Below are positions 1 through 13,444 of a stretch of DNA of 64,000 nt, in pieces; the stretch's first letter is position 1, and each line of letters begins with the position of its first letter. The notes under the pieces were generated by a model, which saw only the letters and a program-made list of their open reading frames with translations, was not told where the DNA came from and did not search any database. Both the position numbers and the translations under genes were made by a program. Source of the DNA: Cetorhinus maximus (lineage: Eukaryota); assembly GCF_964194155.1 (NCBI RefSeq), contig NC_135879.1, positions 213,466,001 through 213,530,000 of the forward strand. Direction: 5' to 3'.

Positions 1-1610
1 CCCCAGCATCACAGATGCCAGTCTTCAGCCAATTCGATTCACCCCATGTGATATCAAGAAACGGCTGAAGGCACTGGATTGTGCAAAGGCTATGGGCCCT
101 GACAATATTCCGGCAATAGTACCGAAGACTTGTGCTCCAGAACTTGCCGAGCCCCCTAGCCAAGCTGTTCCAATACAGCTATAACACTGGCATTTATCCA
201 ACTATGTGGAAAATTGCCCAGGTATGTCCTGTGTACACACAGCATGACAAATCCAACCGGCCAATTACCACCCCATCAGTCTACTCCCAATCATCAGTAA
301 AGTAACAGAAGGGGTTAGCAACCGTGCTACCAAGTGGCACTTGCTCAGCAACAACCTGCTCACTGACGCCCACTTTGGGTTCCTTCAGAGCCACTTGGCT
401 CCTGACCTTATTGCAGCCTTGGTTCAAACATGGACATAAGAGCTGAAATCCCAAAGTGAGGTGAGAGTGACTGCCTTTGACATCAAGGGCGCATTTTACC
501 GAGTGTGGCATCAAGGACCCTAGCAAAACTGGAGTCAATGGGAATCGGGGAAAACTCTCCACTGCTTGGAGTCATGCCTAGCACAAAGGAAGATGGTTGT
601 GGTTGTTGGTCAATCATCTCAGCTCCAGGATATCAGTGCAGGAGTTCCTCAGGGTAGTGTCCTCAGCTGAAACATCTTCAGCTGATTCATCAATGACCTT
701 CCTTCCATCCTAAGGTCAGGAAGTGGGGATGTTCGCTAATGATTGCACAATGTTCAGCACCATGCGCGACGACTCAAATACCGAATTAGTCCATGTCCAA
801 ATGCAGCAAGATCTGGACAATATCCATGCTTGGGCTGACAAGTACTAAGTAACATTTGTGCCACACAAGTGCCAGGCAATGAACATCTCCAACAAAGAGT
901 CTAACCATCACCCCATGATGTTCAATGGCATTACCATCACTGAATCTCCCGCTATCAACATCCTGGGGGTGACTATTGACCAGAAACTGAATTGGACTAG
1001 CCATATAAATACTGTGGCTACAAGAGCAGGTCAGAGATTAGGAATTGTGTGACGAGTAACTCGCCTCCTGACTCCCCAAAGTCTGCCCACCATCTACAAG
1101 GTGCAAGTCAGGAGTGTGATGGAATACTCCCCACTTGCCTGGATGAGTGCAGTTCCCACAACACTCAAGAAGCTTGACATCATCCAAGACAAAGCAGCCT
1201 GCTTGACTGGCACCACATCCACAAACATTCACTCCCTCCACTGCCAACGCACAGTAGCAGCAATGTGTACCATCTACAAGATGCACTGCAAGAATTCAGC
1301 AAGGCTCCTTAGACAGCACCATCCAAACCCATGACCACTACCATCTAGAAGGACAAGGGCAGCAGATACGTGGGCACATCACCAACTGGAAGTTCCCCTG
1401 CAAGTCACTCACTATCCTGACTTGGAAATAGATCGCCGCTCCTTCAGTGTTGCTGGGTCAAAATCCTGGAACTCCCTTCCTAACAGCACTGTGGGTGTAC
1501 CTACACCACATGGACTGCAACAGTTCAAGAAGGCAGCTCACCACTACCTTCTGATGGGCAATAAATGCTGGCCCAGCCAGCAAAGCCCAAATCCTGTGAA
1601 TTATTAAAAA
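1..1610 (+). mobile_element. LINE family B (CR1/L2 group), decayed RT and 3' end
   Basis: Frameshifted RT motifs (GVPQGSVL, FADD-like, ILGVTIDQKLNW, YKxQVRSVMEY); tail GGGCAATAAATGCTGGCC... Confidence 0.88.
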
Positions 1611-2127
1611 TTATAATGCTCTTCTATATGCAGCAGGATTGTGCTGTAAATAATGCACATTCCTAAAAGACTGAGTCATTTGTCATTTGGCAGAAGAAAG
1701 GACAAGGTAAACTATTTGAGCTATGTGGATCCCCAGTACTAAAACATTGGATGTAAATTTTTACCAAGCTTTTATAGAAAGCAATATTATGATGGTCACG
1801 TCATTAAATTTTTGAGAAGGACTAATTTTATGCCTTTTTTTTGGATAAATACACCCTTGTTAGAATGTATTCTGCTGTTTGTTAATAAGTTGATGGTGTT
1901 GAATAACTATCAGCAAATAATCCTCAAGCTTTGAGATAGAATGATGAGAATTAGACTGTTTATTTTGAGAGTGAAGCTCCAATGGTTTTACTTTGCAGCA
2001 GTTTTATTTTAGGTTTTAGGATTGGAGGTCTTCGAGGTTGTTCCATTTATGAGACGACATCCAACATTTTGCTTGGATAATCTGAAACAATTCTTGTGTA
2101 ACTGATGAACGTTAGAAAGATTGCATT

Positions 2128-2380
2128 GTTAGCTTGGCTTTTCCTCTTGAGTCAGAAGATTGTGCATTTTGGGTATCATTCTAGGAATTGAACACAATCT
2201 TGTACAGTACTGAGGAAGTGGTGCATTGTCTTAGCTACCTAGTCACCTGGGGATAAAAAATCCTATGGGCAATATTTGAGTATGTGCAGTAATTCTCCAC
2301 GCCCTCCCTAATACTTATTCCTTGGGCTAACAGCAAAGCAGATTACCTAATTATTTTGCATTTTGGGGATATGAAAGACT
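2128..2380 (+). mobile_element. Degraded DeuSINE-like SINE
   Basis: tRNA-like head (gagtcagaag) and core cagtactgaggaagtggtgcattgtc...aaatcctatgg; homologous to the copies near 34 kb, 51 kb and 61 kb. Confidence 0.5.
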
Positions 2381-2769
2381 CTTAACTCAGTGTGAGCAGT
2401 GGAGCTCAAAACAGTCAGGTTCACTTGTCAGAGTTTGTGCACCAGAGCACAGCTTTCATTCCAGCCATAATTAGAGGTCAGACCTGTTGCTTTTTACCAA
2501 ACAACCCCTACTGTAGCAAAGCAACAGGCAATTCTCCATGATGTTGTATTGAACCAGAAGAGTCATTGTTGGTGCTACCTGCTATGTTTAGCATTGTTTG
2601 CCTGGAAAGTATGCCAGCAATTGCCATAGGTTTCTTTTGACAGGACAGGCATCTTTAGAGTTAATGTTTGTGATCCTCTAAGAAATGCCAGCCAGGTCTC
2701 CATCCTGTTGGGCAGAGCCTTTAGATTTAGGGTGTCTGTTGGAACAACAGGCCACTTAGCTCTTGAAGC

Positions 2770-2965
2770 CTGTTTTGGCAGTTAGATCATAGCTAGTTGA
2801 ACTTCGTTACCTGCGATTGCTCCATATCCCATGATAGCTTTACCTAAAAAGAATGTGCATCTTGGCGTTGAAAATTTAAATTGACTCCATATCCATAGCG
2901 CTTTGGGGGATTGAGTTTCACATTTCTGTTATCCTCTGTGGAATAAGTGCTTGCTGATTTGAATT
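2770..2965 (-). mobile_element. CR1 3' tail fragment
   Basis: Resembles the reverse complement of the CR1 3' UTRs elsewhere in the window. Confidence 0.5.
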
Positions 2966-3104
2966 CAATTTTTATCACCAGGACAGAATGACTGAGGACT
3001 TTGAGATCAGTGTAACTTGAAATTTATTGACATTATATTGCATCTGTAACTTTTTTACCCTTCCACCATATTTCGGAAATCTTTGCCTTCCTTTGATCCA
3101 TCGG

Positions 3105-3400
3105 CCTTGACAATATTCCTGCAATAGTACTGAAAACTTGTGCTCCTAGCCAAACTGTTCCAGTACAACACAGACATTAACCCGGCAATGTTGAAAATTG
3201 CCCTGGTATGTTCTGTGTACACAGCAGGACAAATCCAACCCAGCCAATTACTGCCCCATTGGTCTACTCTTGAAGTAAAAAGTAAAGTGATGGAAGGGGT
3301 CATCAACGGCGCTGTCAAACGGCACTTGCTTAGCAATAACCAGCTCATTGACGTTTAGTTTGGGTTGTGCTAGGGGCACTCAACTTCTGACCTCAGGCCT
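3105..3400 (+). mobile_element. LINE family B internal fragment
   Basis: Near-copy of positions ~95-410. Confidence 0.8.
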
Positions 3401-3469
3401 TTTTGTGGTTCATAGTTTGTATATTCTATAGTAATGAAGATCAGGAAAGAAGGTCCCTAGAGTAATTGA

Positions 3470-5320
3470 TTTAAAAGGTTTAAAAGGATAAGTCATGGCA
3501 GGAGAGCTCAAAGCTGCGGTGTGCTCCTCATGCTCCATGTGGGAAGCCGGGAACATTTCCAATGCCCGGGACCATCATGTGTGCAGGAAGTGTGTCCAGC
3601 TGCAGCTCCTGGAAGCTCAGGTTTCAGAGCTGGAACGGTGGCTGGGGACACCCTGGAGCATCCATGAGTCTGAGAGCATCGTGGATAGCACGTTTGGAGA
3701 GGTGGTCACACTGCAGCTGAAGGGACTTGAGGGGAGGGAATGGGTGACCACCAGGCAGTCCAAGAGAAACAGGCTGGTAGTTCAGGAGTCCCCTGGGGCC
3801 CCGATCACAAATCAGTATTCCATTTTGGAGGCTCATGAGGGCGCTGGTTCCTCCATGGAGTGCAGACAGAGCCAAGCTTCTGGCACCACAAGCAGCCTGT
3901 CTGTACAGGAGGGAAGGAAGAGAGAAAGAGCAATAGTAATAGGGGATTCTATAGTCAGGGGAACAGATAGGCACTGCTGTGGCCGTCAACTCGACTCCAG
4001 GATGGTATGTTGTCTCCCTGGTGCCAGGGTCCGGGATGTCACTGAACGGCTGCAGAGCATCCTGAAGGGGGAGGGTGATAAGGCAGAGGCCAAGGTACAT
4101 GTTAGTACCAATGACATAGGTAGAAAGAGGGATGAGGTCTTGCATCAAGAATTCAGGAAGTTAGGTAGTAGTCTAAAAAGCAAGACCTCTCGGGTTATAA
4201 TCTCCCAGTGCCATGTGCCAGCGAGCTCAGAAATAGGAGAATAGCGCAGATGAATACGTGGCTTCAGAGTTGGTGCAGGAGGGAGGGTTTTAGATTTCTG
4301 GATCACTGAGACCATTTCTGGGCAAAGTGGGATCTGTACAAGAGGGACAGTCTATATCTGAACCAGAGCGGGTCTAACATCCTTGTGGGCAGGTTTGCTA
4401 CTGCTGTTGGGAGGAGTTTAAACTAATTCGGCAGGGGGAGGAGACACAATGTTAGCAGAATAGGGATACATCATAATACAGTAAAACAATTAAGTCAGAG
4501 GGAGTACAGCTGCATTAAGTTTCAAGGGAGTAAGGCAAGGCTGGATGGCCTCTACTTTAATGCGAGTATTACGGGTAAAACGGATGACATGTGGAATTGT
4601 GATATAGTAGCCATCACTGAGACGTGGTTGAGGGAGGGGCAGGATTGGCAGCTCAACATTCCGAGATATAGAATCTTCAGGCGAGACGGGAGGGGGTAAA
4701 AGAGGAGGAGGCATTGCATTATTAGTTAAGGAGTCAGTTACTGCAGTAAGGAGAGATGACATCTTGGAGGGGGTATTGAATGAAGCTTTGTGGGTAGAGT
4801 TTAGGAATAAAAAAGGGGCAGCCACATTGTTAGATGTTTATTATAGACCCCCAGATAGTCAGCGGGAAATCGAGGAGCAAATATGTGCACAATTTGCAGA
4901 GTTGTGTAAAACCAATAACAGCATAGAAGACAATGTGGGGGATAGGATTAGTAAGTTTGCAGATGACACAAAGATTGGCCAGGTGGTTAACAGTGAGGTT
5001 GAGTGTCTTGGGCTACAGGAAGATATAGGCGTGATGGTCAAATGGACAGATAAGTGGCAGATGGAATTTAACCCTGAAAAGTGAGAGGTGATACACTTTG
5101 GAAGGAGTAATTTGACAAGGAAGTATTCAATGAATGGCATGACATTAGGAAGTTCTGAGGAACAAAAGGACCCTGGCGTGTGTGTCCATCGATCTCTGAA
5201 GGCGGAGGGGCATGTTAGTGGGGTGGTGAAAAAGGCACATGGGACACTTGCCTTTATCAATCGAGGCATTGATTACAAAAGTAGGGAGGTCATGTTGGAG
5301 TTGTATAGAACCATGGTCAG
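3470..5320 (+). mobile_element. CR1 LINE with ORF1 (Zn finger + SGNH esterase) and internally deleted ORF2
   Basis: ORF 3495-4244 has CxxC..CxxC, IGDS, CLPGARV and HVSTNDI motifs; endonuclease motifs follow (ITETWL, YYRPP), then FADDTK. Confidence 0.9.
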
Positions 5321-6022
5321 AGATTGCAGAGCTCTGGGATGCAGAGGGACCTGGGTCTGTGGTTAGCATGCAGGTAGAGCAGGTAATTAGGAAAGCTAAT
5401 AGAATGTTATCGTTTATTGTGAGGGGAATTGGTTGCAACAGTAGGGAGGTTTTGTTTCAGTTTACAGGGCACTGTTGAGACCACATCTGGAGTACTGTGT
5501 ACATCATTGGTCTCCTTACTGAAAGAAAGATGTAAATGGGTTAGAAGCAGCTCAGAGAAGGGTTACTAGACTAATACCAGGAATGGGCAGATTGTATTAT
5601 GAGGAAAGGCTGGACAGGTTAGGCTTGTATCCACTGGAATTTAGAGTAAGAGGTGACTTAATTGAAACCTTTAAGATCTTGAGGGGTCTTGACACGTGGA
5701 TGTGACGACGGTGTTTCCTCTTGTGGGAGAATCTAGAACTAGGGGTCACTGTTTAAAAATAAGGGGTCGCTCATTTAAGACAGATGAGAAATTCTTTTGA
5801 TGGTAGTGAGCCTTTGGAACTCTTCTCAAAAGTGGAAGCATAGTCTTTGAGTATTTTTAAGGCAGAGCTAGATAGATTCTTGATAAGGGGGTGAAAGGTT
5901 ATTGGGTGTAGGCAGGAATGTGGGGTTGAGGTTACATTCAGATCAGCCATGATCTCAGTGAATGGTGGAGCAGGCTCCAGGGGCCGAGTGGCCTACCCCT
6001 CCTAATTTGTATGTTCATATGT
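5321..6022 (+). mobile_element. CR1 3' portion, second subfamily
   Basis: RPHLEYCV-like RT C-terminus and 3' UTR ending ...tgtatgttcatatg. Confidence 0.85.
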
Positions 6023-6027
6023 AATAC

Positions 6028-6090
6028 AGGATGGGCAATAAATGCTGGCCTAACCAACGACGTGCATGTCCTGTAAATGAATTTTTAAAA
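6028..6090 (+). mobile_element. LINE family B 3' tail
   Basis: GGATGGGCAATAAATGCTGGCCTAACC... Confidence 0.75.
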
Positions 6091-6094
6091 ATGT

Positions 6095-6670
6095 ATTATA
6101 CATTCTATGTTGGTTTGCACAACAATCCTCCTAGCGTTATATCCAAATCATTAATGTACACAGTGAACAAAAAAGCTCCAGAACAGAGCCCTGTGGAACA
6201 CTGCTACTTGCTTCCAAGTTCTCTGAGAAACCATCCTTGACTTCTGTTCTCTGGAAAAAAAACTAGTTAAAAGGGAGAACACGATTTGCAACTCTTACCA
6301 TAATTCAGCACCCTTTAATTTTCTCTAGTTGCCTTTTTTCAAGGCTTTCCAAACATCCATGTACATGACAGCTCCTGCATTTTGTTCCTCGACCATATCT
6401 GTCCCTTAAAAGAGCTCTTACCAGATTTGACATGAGTAATTATTTTCTAAAGTCCACTTTTGGCTGTTTATAATTATTTTCCTTTTTATATGGATATGTA
6501 ATTATTGTATCTGTAAAGTTTCCAAAATTTTCCCTACACAGATGTTAAATTAACTGGCCCGGATTATGTGTCTCCCTTTCTGAAAATGAACATTTTAAAG
6601 ACTACATTTGAGCCTTCCAGCACACATCCACTCTCAATAGTACCCCAAAATATATTTACGGTTTCTTTCC
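6095..6670 (-). mobile_element. Old CR1 RT fragment
   Basis: Degenerate VPQGSV and KAL motifs on the minus strand. Confidence 0.5.
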
Positions 6671-6674
6671 CTAA

Positions 6675-8775
6675 TTAGACCATAAGACATAGGAGCAGAA
6701 ATTAGTCCATTCGGCCCTTCGAGTCTGCTCTGCCATTCAATCATGGCTGATAAGTTTCTCAAACCCATTCTCCCGCCTTCTCCCCGTAACCTTTGATCCC
6801 CTTACCAATCAAGAACCTATCTATCTCGGTCTTAAATACACTCAATGACCTGGCCTCCACAGCCTTCTGTTGCAATGAATTCCATAGATTTACCACTCTG
6901 GCTAAAGAAGTTTCTCCTCATCTCTGTTCTAAAAGGTCTTCCCTTTACTCTGAGACTGTGCCCTCGGGTCCTAATCTCTCCTACTAATGGAAACATCTTC
7001 CCCACATCCACTCTATCCAGGCCTTTCAGTATGCTGTAAGTTTCAATCAGATCCTCCCCATCCTTCTAAACTCCATCGAGTATAGATCCAGAGCCCTCAA
7101 ACGTTCCTCATATGTTAAGCCTTTCATTCCTGGGATCGTTCTCGTGAACCTCCTCTGGACCCTCTCCAGGACCAGCACATCCTTCCTGAGATATGGGGCC
7201 CAAAATTGATCACAATATTCTAAATGTGGTCTGACCAGAGCCTTATAAAGCCTCAGCAGCACATCCCTGCTTTTATATTCTAGTCCTCTTGAAATAAATG
7301 CCAACATTGCAATTGCCTTCCTAACTTCCGACTCAACCTGCAAGTTAACCTTAAGAGAATCCTGGACTAGGACTCCCAAGTCCCTTTGCACTCCAGATTT
7401 CTGAATTCTCTCCCCATTTAGAAAATAGTCTATGCCTCTATTCTTCCTACCAAAGTGCATGACCTCACACTTCCCCACGTTGTATTCCATCTGCCACTTC
7501 TTTGCCCATTCTCCTAACCTGTCCAAATCCTTCTGCAGCCTCCCCGCCTCCTCAATACTACTTGTCCCTCCACCTATCTTTGTATCATCTGCAAACTTAG
7601 CCAGGATGCCCTCAGTTCCTTCATCTAGATCATTAATGTATAAAGTGAAAAGTTGTGGTCCCAACACTGACCCCTGCGGAATTCCACTAGTCATCGGCCG
7701 CCATCCTGAGAAGGACCCCCTTATCCCCACTCTCTTCCTCCTGCCAGACAGCCAATCTTCTATCCATGCTAGTACCTTGCCTCCAACACCATGGGCTCTT
7801 ATCTTACTGAGCAGCCTCCTGTGCGGCACCTTGTCAAAGGCCTTTTGGAAGTCCAAGTAGATAACATCCATTGGCTTTCCTTTGTCTAACCTACTCATTA
7901 CCTCCTCAAAGAATTCTACAGATTTGTCAGGCATGACCTCCCCTTGATGAAACGATGCTGACTTTGCCCTATTTTACCATGCACTTCCAAGTATTCTGAA
8001 ATCTCATCCTTAATAATGGACTCTAAAATCTTACCAACGACTGAGGTCAGGCTAATCGGCCTGTAATTTCCCGTCTTTTGCCTCACTCCCTTCTTAAACA
8101 GGGGGGTTACATTAGCGATTTTCCAGTCCTGTGGGACCCTCCCTGACTCGTGATTCCTGAAAGATCACCACTAACGCCTCCACTATCTCTTCAGCTATCT
8201 CCTTCAGAACATGGGTGTAATCCATCTGGTCCAGGTGATTTATCCACCTTCAGACCTTTCAGTTTTCCTAGCACCTTCTCCTTGGTAATGGCCACCATAC
8301 TCGCCTCTGCCCCCTGACTCTCTTGAACTTTGGGGATGTTACTCGTGTCTTCCACCATGAAGACTGACGCTAAGTACCTATTCAGTTCCTCTGCCATTTC
8401 TTTGTTCCCCACTACTACTTCACCAGCGTCATTTTCCAGTGGCCCAATGTCCACTTTTGCCTCTCTCTTACCCTTTATATATCTAAAAAAACTCTTGCAA
8501 TCTTCTTTTATATTACTGGCTAGTTTACCCTCATATTTAATCTTCTCCTCCTCATTTCTTTTTTAGTTGTCCTCTGTTGGTCTTTGTAGGCTTCCCAATC
8601 CCCTGGTTTCCCACTGCTCTTCGTCGCATTGTATGCTTTCTCTTTAGCTTTTATGCTGTTCCTGACTTCCCTTGTCAGCCATGGTTGCCTCATCCTCCCT
8701 TTAGTATGCTTCTCTTAGGGATGAATTTTTGCTTAGTCTCCCAAATTACTCCCAGAAGCTCCTGCCATTGCTGAT
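6675..8775 (-). mobile_element. Relatively young 5'-truncated CR1
   Basis: ORF 7934-7047 encodes RT (YLDFQKAFDKVPH, GIPQGSVLGP, FADDTK); KSPGPDG upstream; short-repeat 3' tail at ~6680. Confidence 0.95.
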
Positions 8776-10589
8776 TTCCTCAGAATCGTTCATTTCCTGA
8801 AAGGTCTTGGTATTGTTTCTTTAGCATGACTAGTTTCTCTCATAATTTTATCATGCTATGTTTCACGTGATTTGTATTTTTAATCATTTCATGATTTACC
8901 TCATTCTAGTATCTCAATTTGTAAACACTGAAGCACTTTAAAGTATCCCCACCAGTTTCACTTTATCCTTTACAAATGCATCGTCATCTCCTCTTGGGCA
9001 GCCCATTTCATTGAATAAATTCTGTTTACTGATATTTAATTTTTGAAATTCTTCTCCCTCCTTGTTTACCTATCTCCTTCGATCTTTTTCCTCTAGGTGC
9101 AGTATGCTCCCTTCAGTTTAGTTTGCTTCTAATGTGTAATCTGTCCTAGTACAGACAGAAGCATAGCAGGTCTTGAATTTCGTGAAAGCTACAAAATTTT
9201 GTTAAAGGGGTTATGTTCAGTTGTACAGAAGCTATGGTGCCTGTGTGGAAAATGCCAGGTTTACAGTTTTTTCTCATTGTATTAACTGGGAACTGTAGAG
9301 GAAGAGGGGGAAGTGAAAGACTCCATTGAAAATGGCTTTGATAGGATCATGCCCATGCATTTAATACATTATTCACCCCTCCGGTAAGCAGCTGAAAGTA
9401 GTCTTGTTCACAGGCATGTTTGAGTTTCCCCTTGATTCCAGTTTTCAAGGGGACCTTTATATTTCAGTTTGATGTTCTGTATGGACTGTTTCTGTAAGTG
9501 TACAATCTGGAAAGTGCCAAAGATTAGCATACCCTGCAAAGGTTTCAGCAATTCATCCTCAGGCATCTGGGATCTTTTTCCTAGTTAATTGGTATTCAGG
9601 TGAACTCCTATGGGCTTTGTGCGAGCTGCCTTCTTGAATGAATCAGATGATTTTTCCTCCTGGCTTAAATTTGTTGCCAGTTGATGTTTAAATGTTTCTA
9701 CAATCTGTTGGTGCAGATGGGTATTGGCAAACCTGCAGCATTGAGTAGCATGGGTGTATCCTCGAAATAAATTGACATGCTACCAAGTCCTCAGCCTCCA
9801 CTATTGATGTGCTTAAATTAAGAATGCTTTATTTAGGGGATGGCAGTTATATTTCAACATTAATTGAATATTAGGGAAAAGCATAATATAAGCAAATAGG
9901 CAATGATTAGTCTGAAAAATTACAATAAATCACAATTGGGTTCTCTACACATAAGTAGTAAAAATATATCAATAAAACACTTAACAGATATTTTAACAAA
10001 ACCTAGTTTTATTTTAAGTAATTAGAGCCATTTTCTTTGAAGCGCATTCCTCTAGCATGTTAGCATATTTGTTGAAGAAACCAACTACGCTTTACGTGAA
10101 TTTACACAGAAAACAATCAAATACAAAGATGGTGTACCAAAGTATTTGCTGACAAACATGTCAGTGGTATGAATAAAAGGAGGCTGTTAATTTAAAGTCT
10201 ACTATACTGCTGCTATATATTTGTGGCAAAAAAAGACGGATAACTGAAGATTTGTCCTGATCAAAATATACTTTCAAATAGCCTGACTTCATTAGACCTG
10301 TGCTTCAGCCTTTCACAAGGACAGTAACATATCTTCTGTTATGTTCCTCCTGGTTGAAAGGAACTAGCATAACTGCACATTGCAAATGTTTACCTTTCCA
10401 CTCAATGGGCTGACCTCCTACAGGTGTCTGAAATTGCTATTCCTTCAAGTTGATGGATCAGCGCCTTTGAATTTTGCACCTAATAACATTATGGAAGCAC
10501 CATCACTACAAGGATTGCAGAGGTTCAAGAGGGGCCACGACCAATCGAGGGAATGATCCATCTCTGCCTTCTCCTGAGGTCCCCAGGCA

Positions 10590-11525
10590 ATATCTCCAAA
10601 TTTGCAGATGACACAAAGCTGGGTGGCATGTAGAGCTGTGAGGAGGATGCAAAGATGCTTCAGTGTGATTTGGACAAGCTGAGTGAGTGGGCAAATGCAT
10701 GGCAGATGCAGTATAATGTGGATAAATGTGAGGTTATTCACTTTGATAGCAAAAGCAGGAAGGCAGATTATTATCTGGCTATAAATTGAGAGGGGAGAGT
10801 GTGTAACGAGACCTGGGTGTCCTCTTACACCAGTTGCTGAAGGTAAGCATGCAGGTGCAACAGATGGTAAAGAAGGCAAATGGTATGTTGGCCTTCATAG
10901 CGAGAGGATTAGAGTGCAGGAGCGGGGATGTCTTGCAGTTATACAGGGCCTTGGTGAGACCACACCTGGAATATTGTGTGCAGTTTTGGTCTCCTTATCT
11001 GAGTAAGGATGTTCTTGCTATAGAGAGAGTGCAGCAAAGATTTACCAGACTGATCCCATGGATGGCGGGACTGACATAGGAGAGATTGAGTCGGTTAGGA
11101 TTATATTCGCTGGAGTTCAGAAGAATGAGGTGGGGTGGGGGGGGCGGGGATCTCATAGAAACCTATAAAATTCTGACAGGACTAGACAAGGTAGATGCAG
11201 GAAGGATGTTCGCGATGGTGGGGGAGTCCAGAACCAGGGGTCACAGTCTGAGGATACGGGGTAAACCATTTAGGACTGAGATGAGAGATTTCTTCACCCA
11301 AAGGGTGGTGAACCTGTAGAATTTGCTACCACAAAGTAGTTGAGGCCAAAACATTGTATGTTTTCAAGAAGGAGTTGGATATAGCTCTTGGGGCGAAAGG
11401 GATCAATGGATATGGGGAGAAGGTGGGAGCAGGCTATTGAGTTGGATGATCAGCCATGATCATATTGAATAGCGGAGCAGGCTCGAAAGGCCGAATGGCC
11501 TACCCCTCCTATTTTCTATGTTTGC
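10590..11525 (+). mobile_element. CR1 3' end
   Basis: FADDTK, ALVRPHLEYCVQFWSP and the CR1 3' UTR. Confidence 0.92.
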
Positions 11526-11924
11526 TACCTTTGGAATAGTATTCTTGTGTTCAAGTTGAGGATGCCAGTGCTAAAGAATAGTCCAGTGAGCATTGGTAGT
11601 TTGGGTTTGGTACAGAACCCTCTTTTTTTCCACCACCCCTCCAAGTTTTCTAACCTCAGGCTGTTTGACAATCCGAATTCAAGATAGTCAAATTTAATTC
11701 AGTACTCAGTTATTTGGCTGTGGGCCTAGAGGCACTGAAATAGACTAAAATTGTTTTTCCTCACTTCATGTTGCACAGTTATAGCTGACTGAGGATACTT
11801 CAATCCCATCATTTTGCCAGGATTTGAACCGGTGTCAGATGTGAAAAGGGCAGTGTGCTAACTTGTTGTGTTGTTCAGCTCCCTTCTACAGAAACGTGTT
11901 GCCTAGACTTTCATTTTAACAAGT

Positions 11925-12302
11925 CGTGGTAGTGTCACTGAATTCGTAATCTTGAGGCCTAGACTAATGCTCTGGAATTCAAATTGTTGAATTCAAATCC
12001 CACTATGGCAGCTGGGAGAATTTAAATTGACCTAATTTATAAATCTAGAATAAAAAGCTCGACTCAATAGTGATCATGAAACTATTGGATTGTTGTAAAA
12101 ATCCATCTGGCTCACTAGTTTCCTTTTAGGGGAGGAAACCTGCCATCCTTACCGTCCCTAATAGCACTCTGTGTCCCTTCGTCAGATGAACTGCAGTAGT
12201 TCAAGAAGGTGGCTCACCATTACCACCTTGAGGCCTATTAGAGATGGGTAATAAATGCTGGTCTTGCCAGCAAAGGTCAAATCGCACAAATGAATTTTTA
12301 AG
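11925..12302 (+). mobile_element. tRNA-derived SINE ending in the family B LINE tail
   Basis: A/B-box-like head (gtggtagtgtcactg...ttcaaatccc), core atctggctcactag...ggaggaaacctgcc, then the family B tail. Confidence 0.7.
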
Positions 12303-12311
12303 AATGTTAAT

Positions 12312-12867
12312 GGCCCAGGTTTTGCAGTTTAAAAAAAGTAATGGTGAGGCTCTCCATACTCCATTATTAATGAGTATATTGGACAGTAGCTTCCAATGAC
12401 TGCACATGCACATTTAAATATGGGAACCAGGAAGTTGCTGTCTGTGTTGACTTGCTCCAAGAAACTTTGCAATGCTGATATCTCACCTGGAAACTTGTCG
12501 TTGAAACATGGAATGTAACTTGGTGTACTTAATACTAGATATCCACCCACTCAACTAGCCAGAGAAAGTTGAGCCTTGTCCTTCTCGGTATAAGTGGATT
12601 TTCAAGGCCTGATCAGTCTTAATTATTATCAAACAACCCCTCGTGATTTAGCATGACTTTAATATTCTAGGTTACAATTCCTGGTTAGGCTCTGTGCTGC
12701 TCAAAGCATTTTTCAACCGGATTATTTAAGGAGATACACAGTTGTTTTCCCTATTGACACAGGCCCCTGAAATTGATTTTTAATTAAAGTTCTAGTGTAA
12801 AAGTTGATAACTTTTTGGAAAAGTGTAACTCTGATTAACTTTGGCCACTGATGGCAAAGTCTAGGCC
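12312..12867. mobile_element. Non-autonomous DNA transposon (MITE), PIF/Harbinger-like
   Basis: Imperfect TIRs GGCCCAGGTTTTGC / GCAAAGTCTAGGCC flanked by aat / att. Confidence 0.45.
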
Positions 12868-12929
12868 ATTATTTGAGACCTTAAATGAACATCTCTAAGT
12901 TGCTTTGCTAAAATTAGTTTTTACTTGCT

Positions 12930-13200
12930 AAACATAGAATCATAGGAAGGAGGCTATTTGGCTCTATGTCTGTGGTGGCTCCTTGCTAAAACTATTTAGT
13001 TACACTCACCAATTGTCCCTCATAGCCCTGTAATTTTTTTTCTTCTCCATTATTCTCTTTTGTACTGAATCTGCTTCCTCCACCCTTTCAAACAATGCAT
13101 TCCACATCACAAAAACTGTTATTTTTAAATATGCTTCCTCATCTTGCCTCTGGTTCTTATTGCTAATCATCTTTTAAATCTGTGTCCTCTGATTATCAGC
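12930..13200 (-). mobile_element. CR1 3' tail
   Basis: catagaatcatag tail repeat and CR1 3' UTR on the minus strand. Confidence 0.6.
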
Positions 13201-13444
13201 ATGTGCATAGCTTACTTACCGAATGCTAGATCTCAGTGGGTCAGCAGTTGTTTCTTTTCCCTTTATTGCAGATGGATGAGAGGCTGGGAATTCTGTACTG
13301 AGTATCTCGCCACCTTATTCCCCAGAGTCTGTCCATCACTTGACAGTTAATGTGTGAAGGGTAAAGATTTAAGGCACAGTCTTTCTTCATTTGACCGCCC
13401 TTACACTTCGATTGGCATTGCCTGATTGTATTTTAACTACAATT

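Noticed and set aside
7432-7860. Recurrent 'FLPKCMTSHF...IFVSSAN' ORFs (also 4859-5269, 15593-15814)
   Set aside because: Antisense shadows of the CR1 RT frame, not genes.
9400-9830. Possible ancient RTE-like LINE fragments (also ~2400-2760 and 54340-55270)
   Set aside because: Too degraded to support motifs or boundaries by eye.
11810-11885. tRNA gene on the minus strand
   Set aside because: Only a B-box-like GGTTCAAATCC without a cloverleaf; likely a SINE head remnant.
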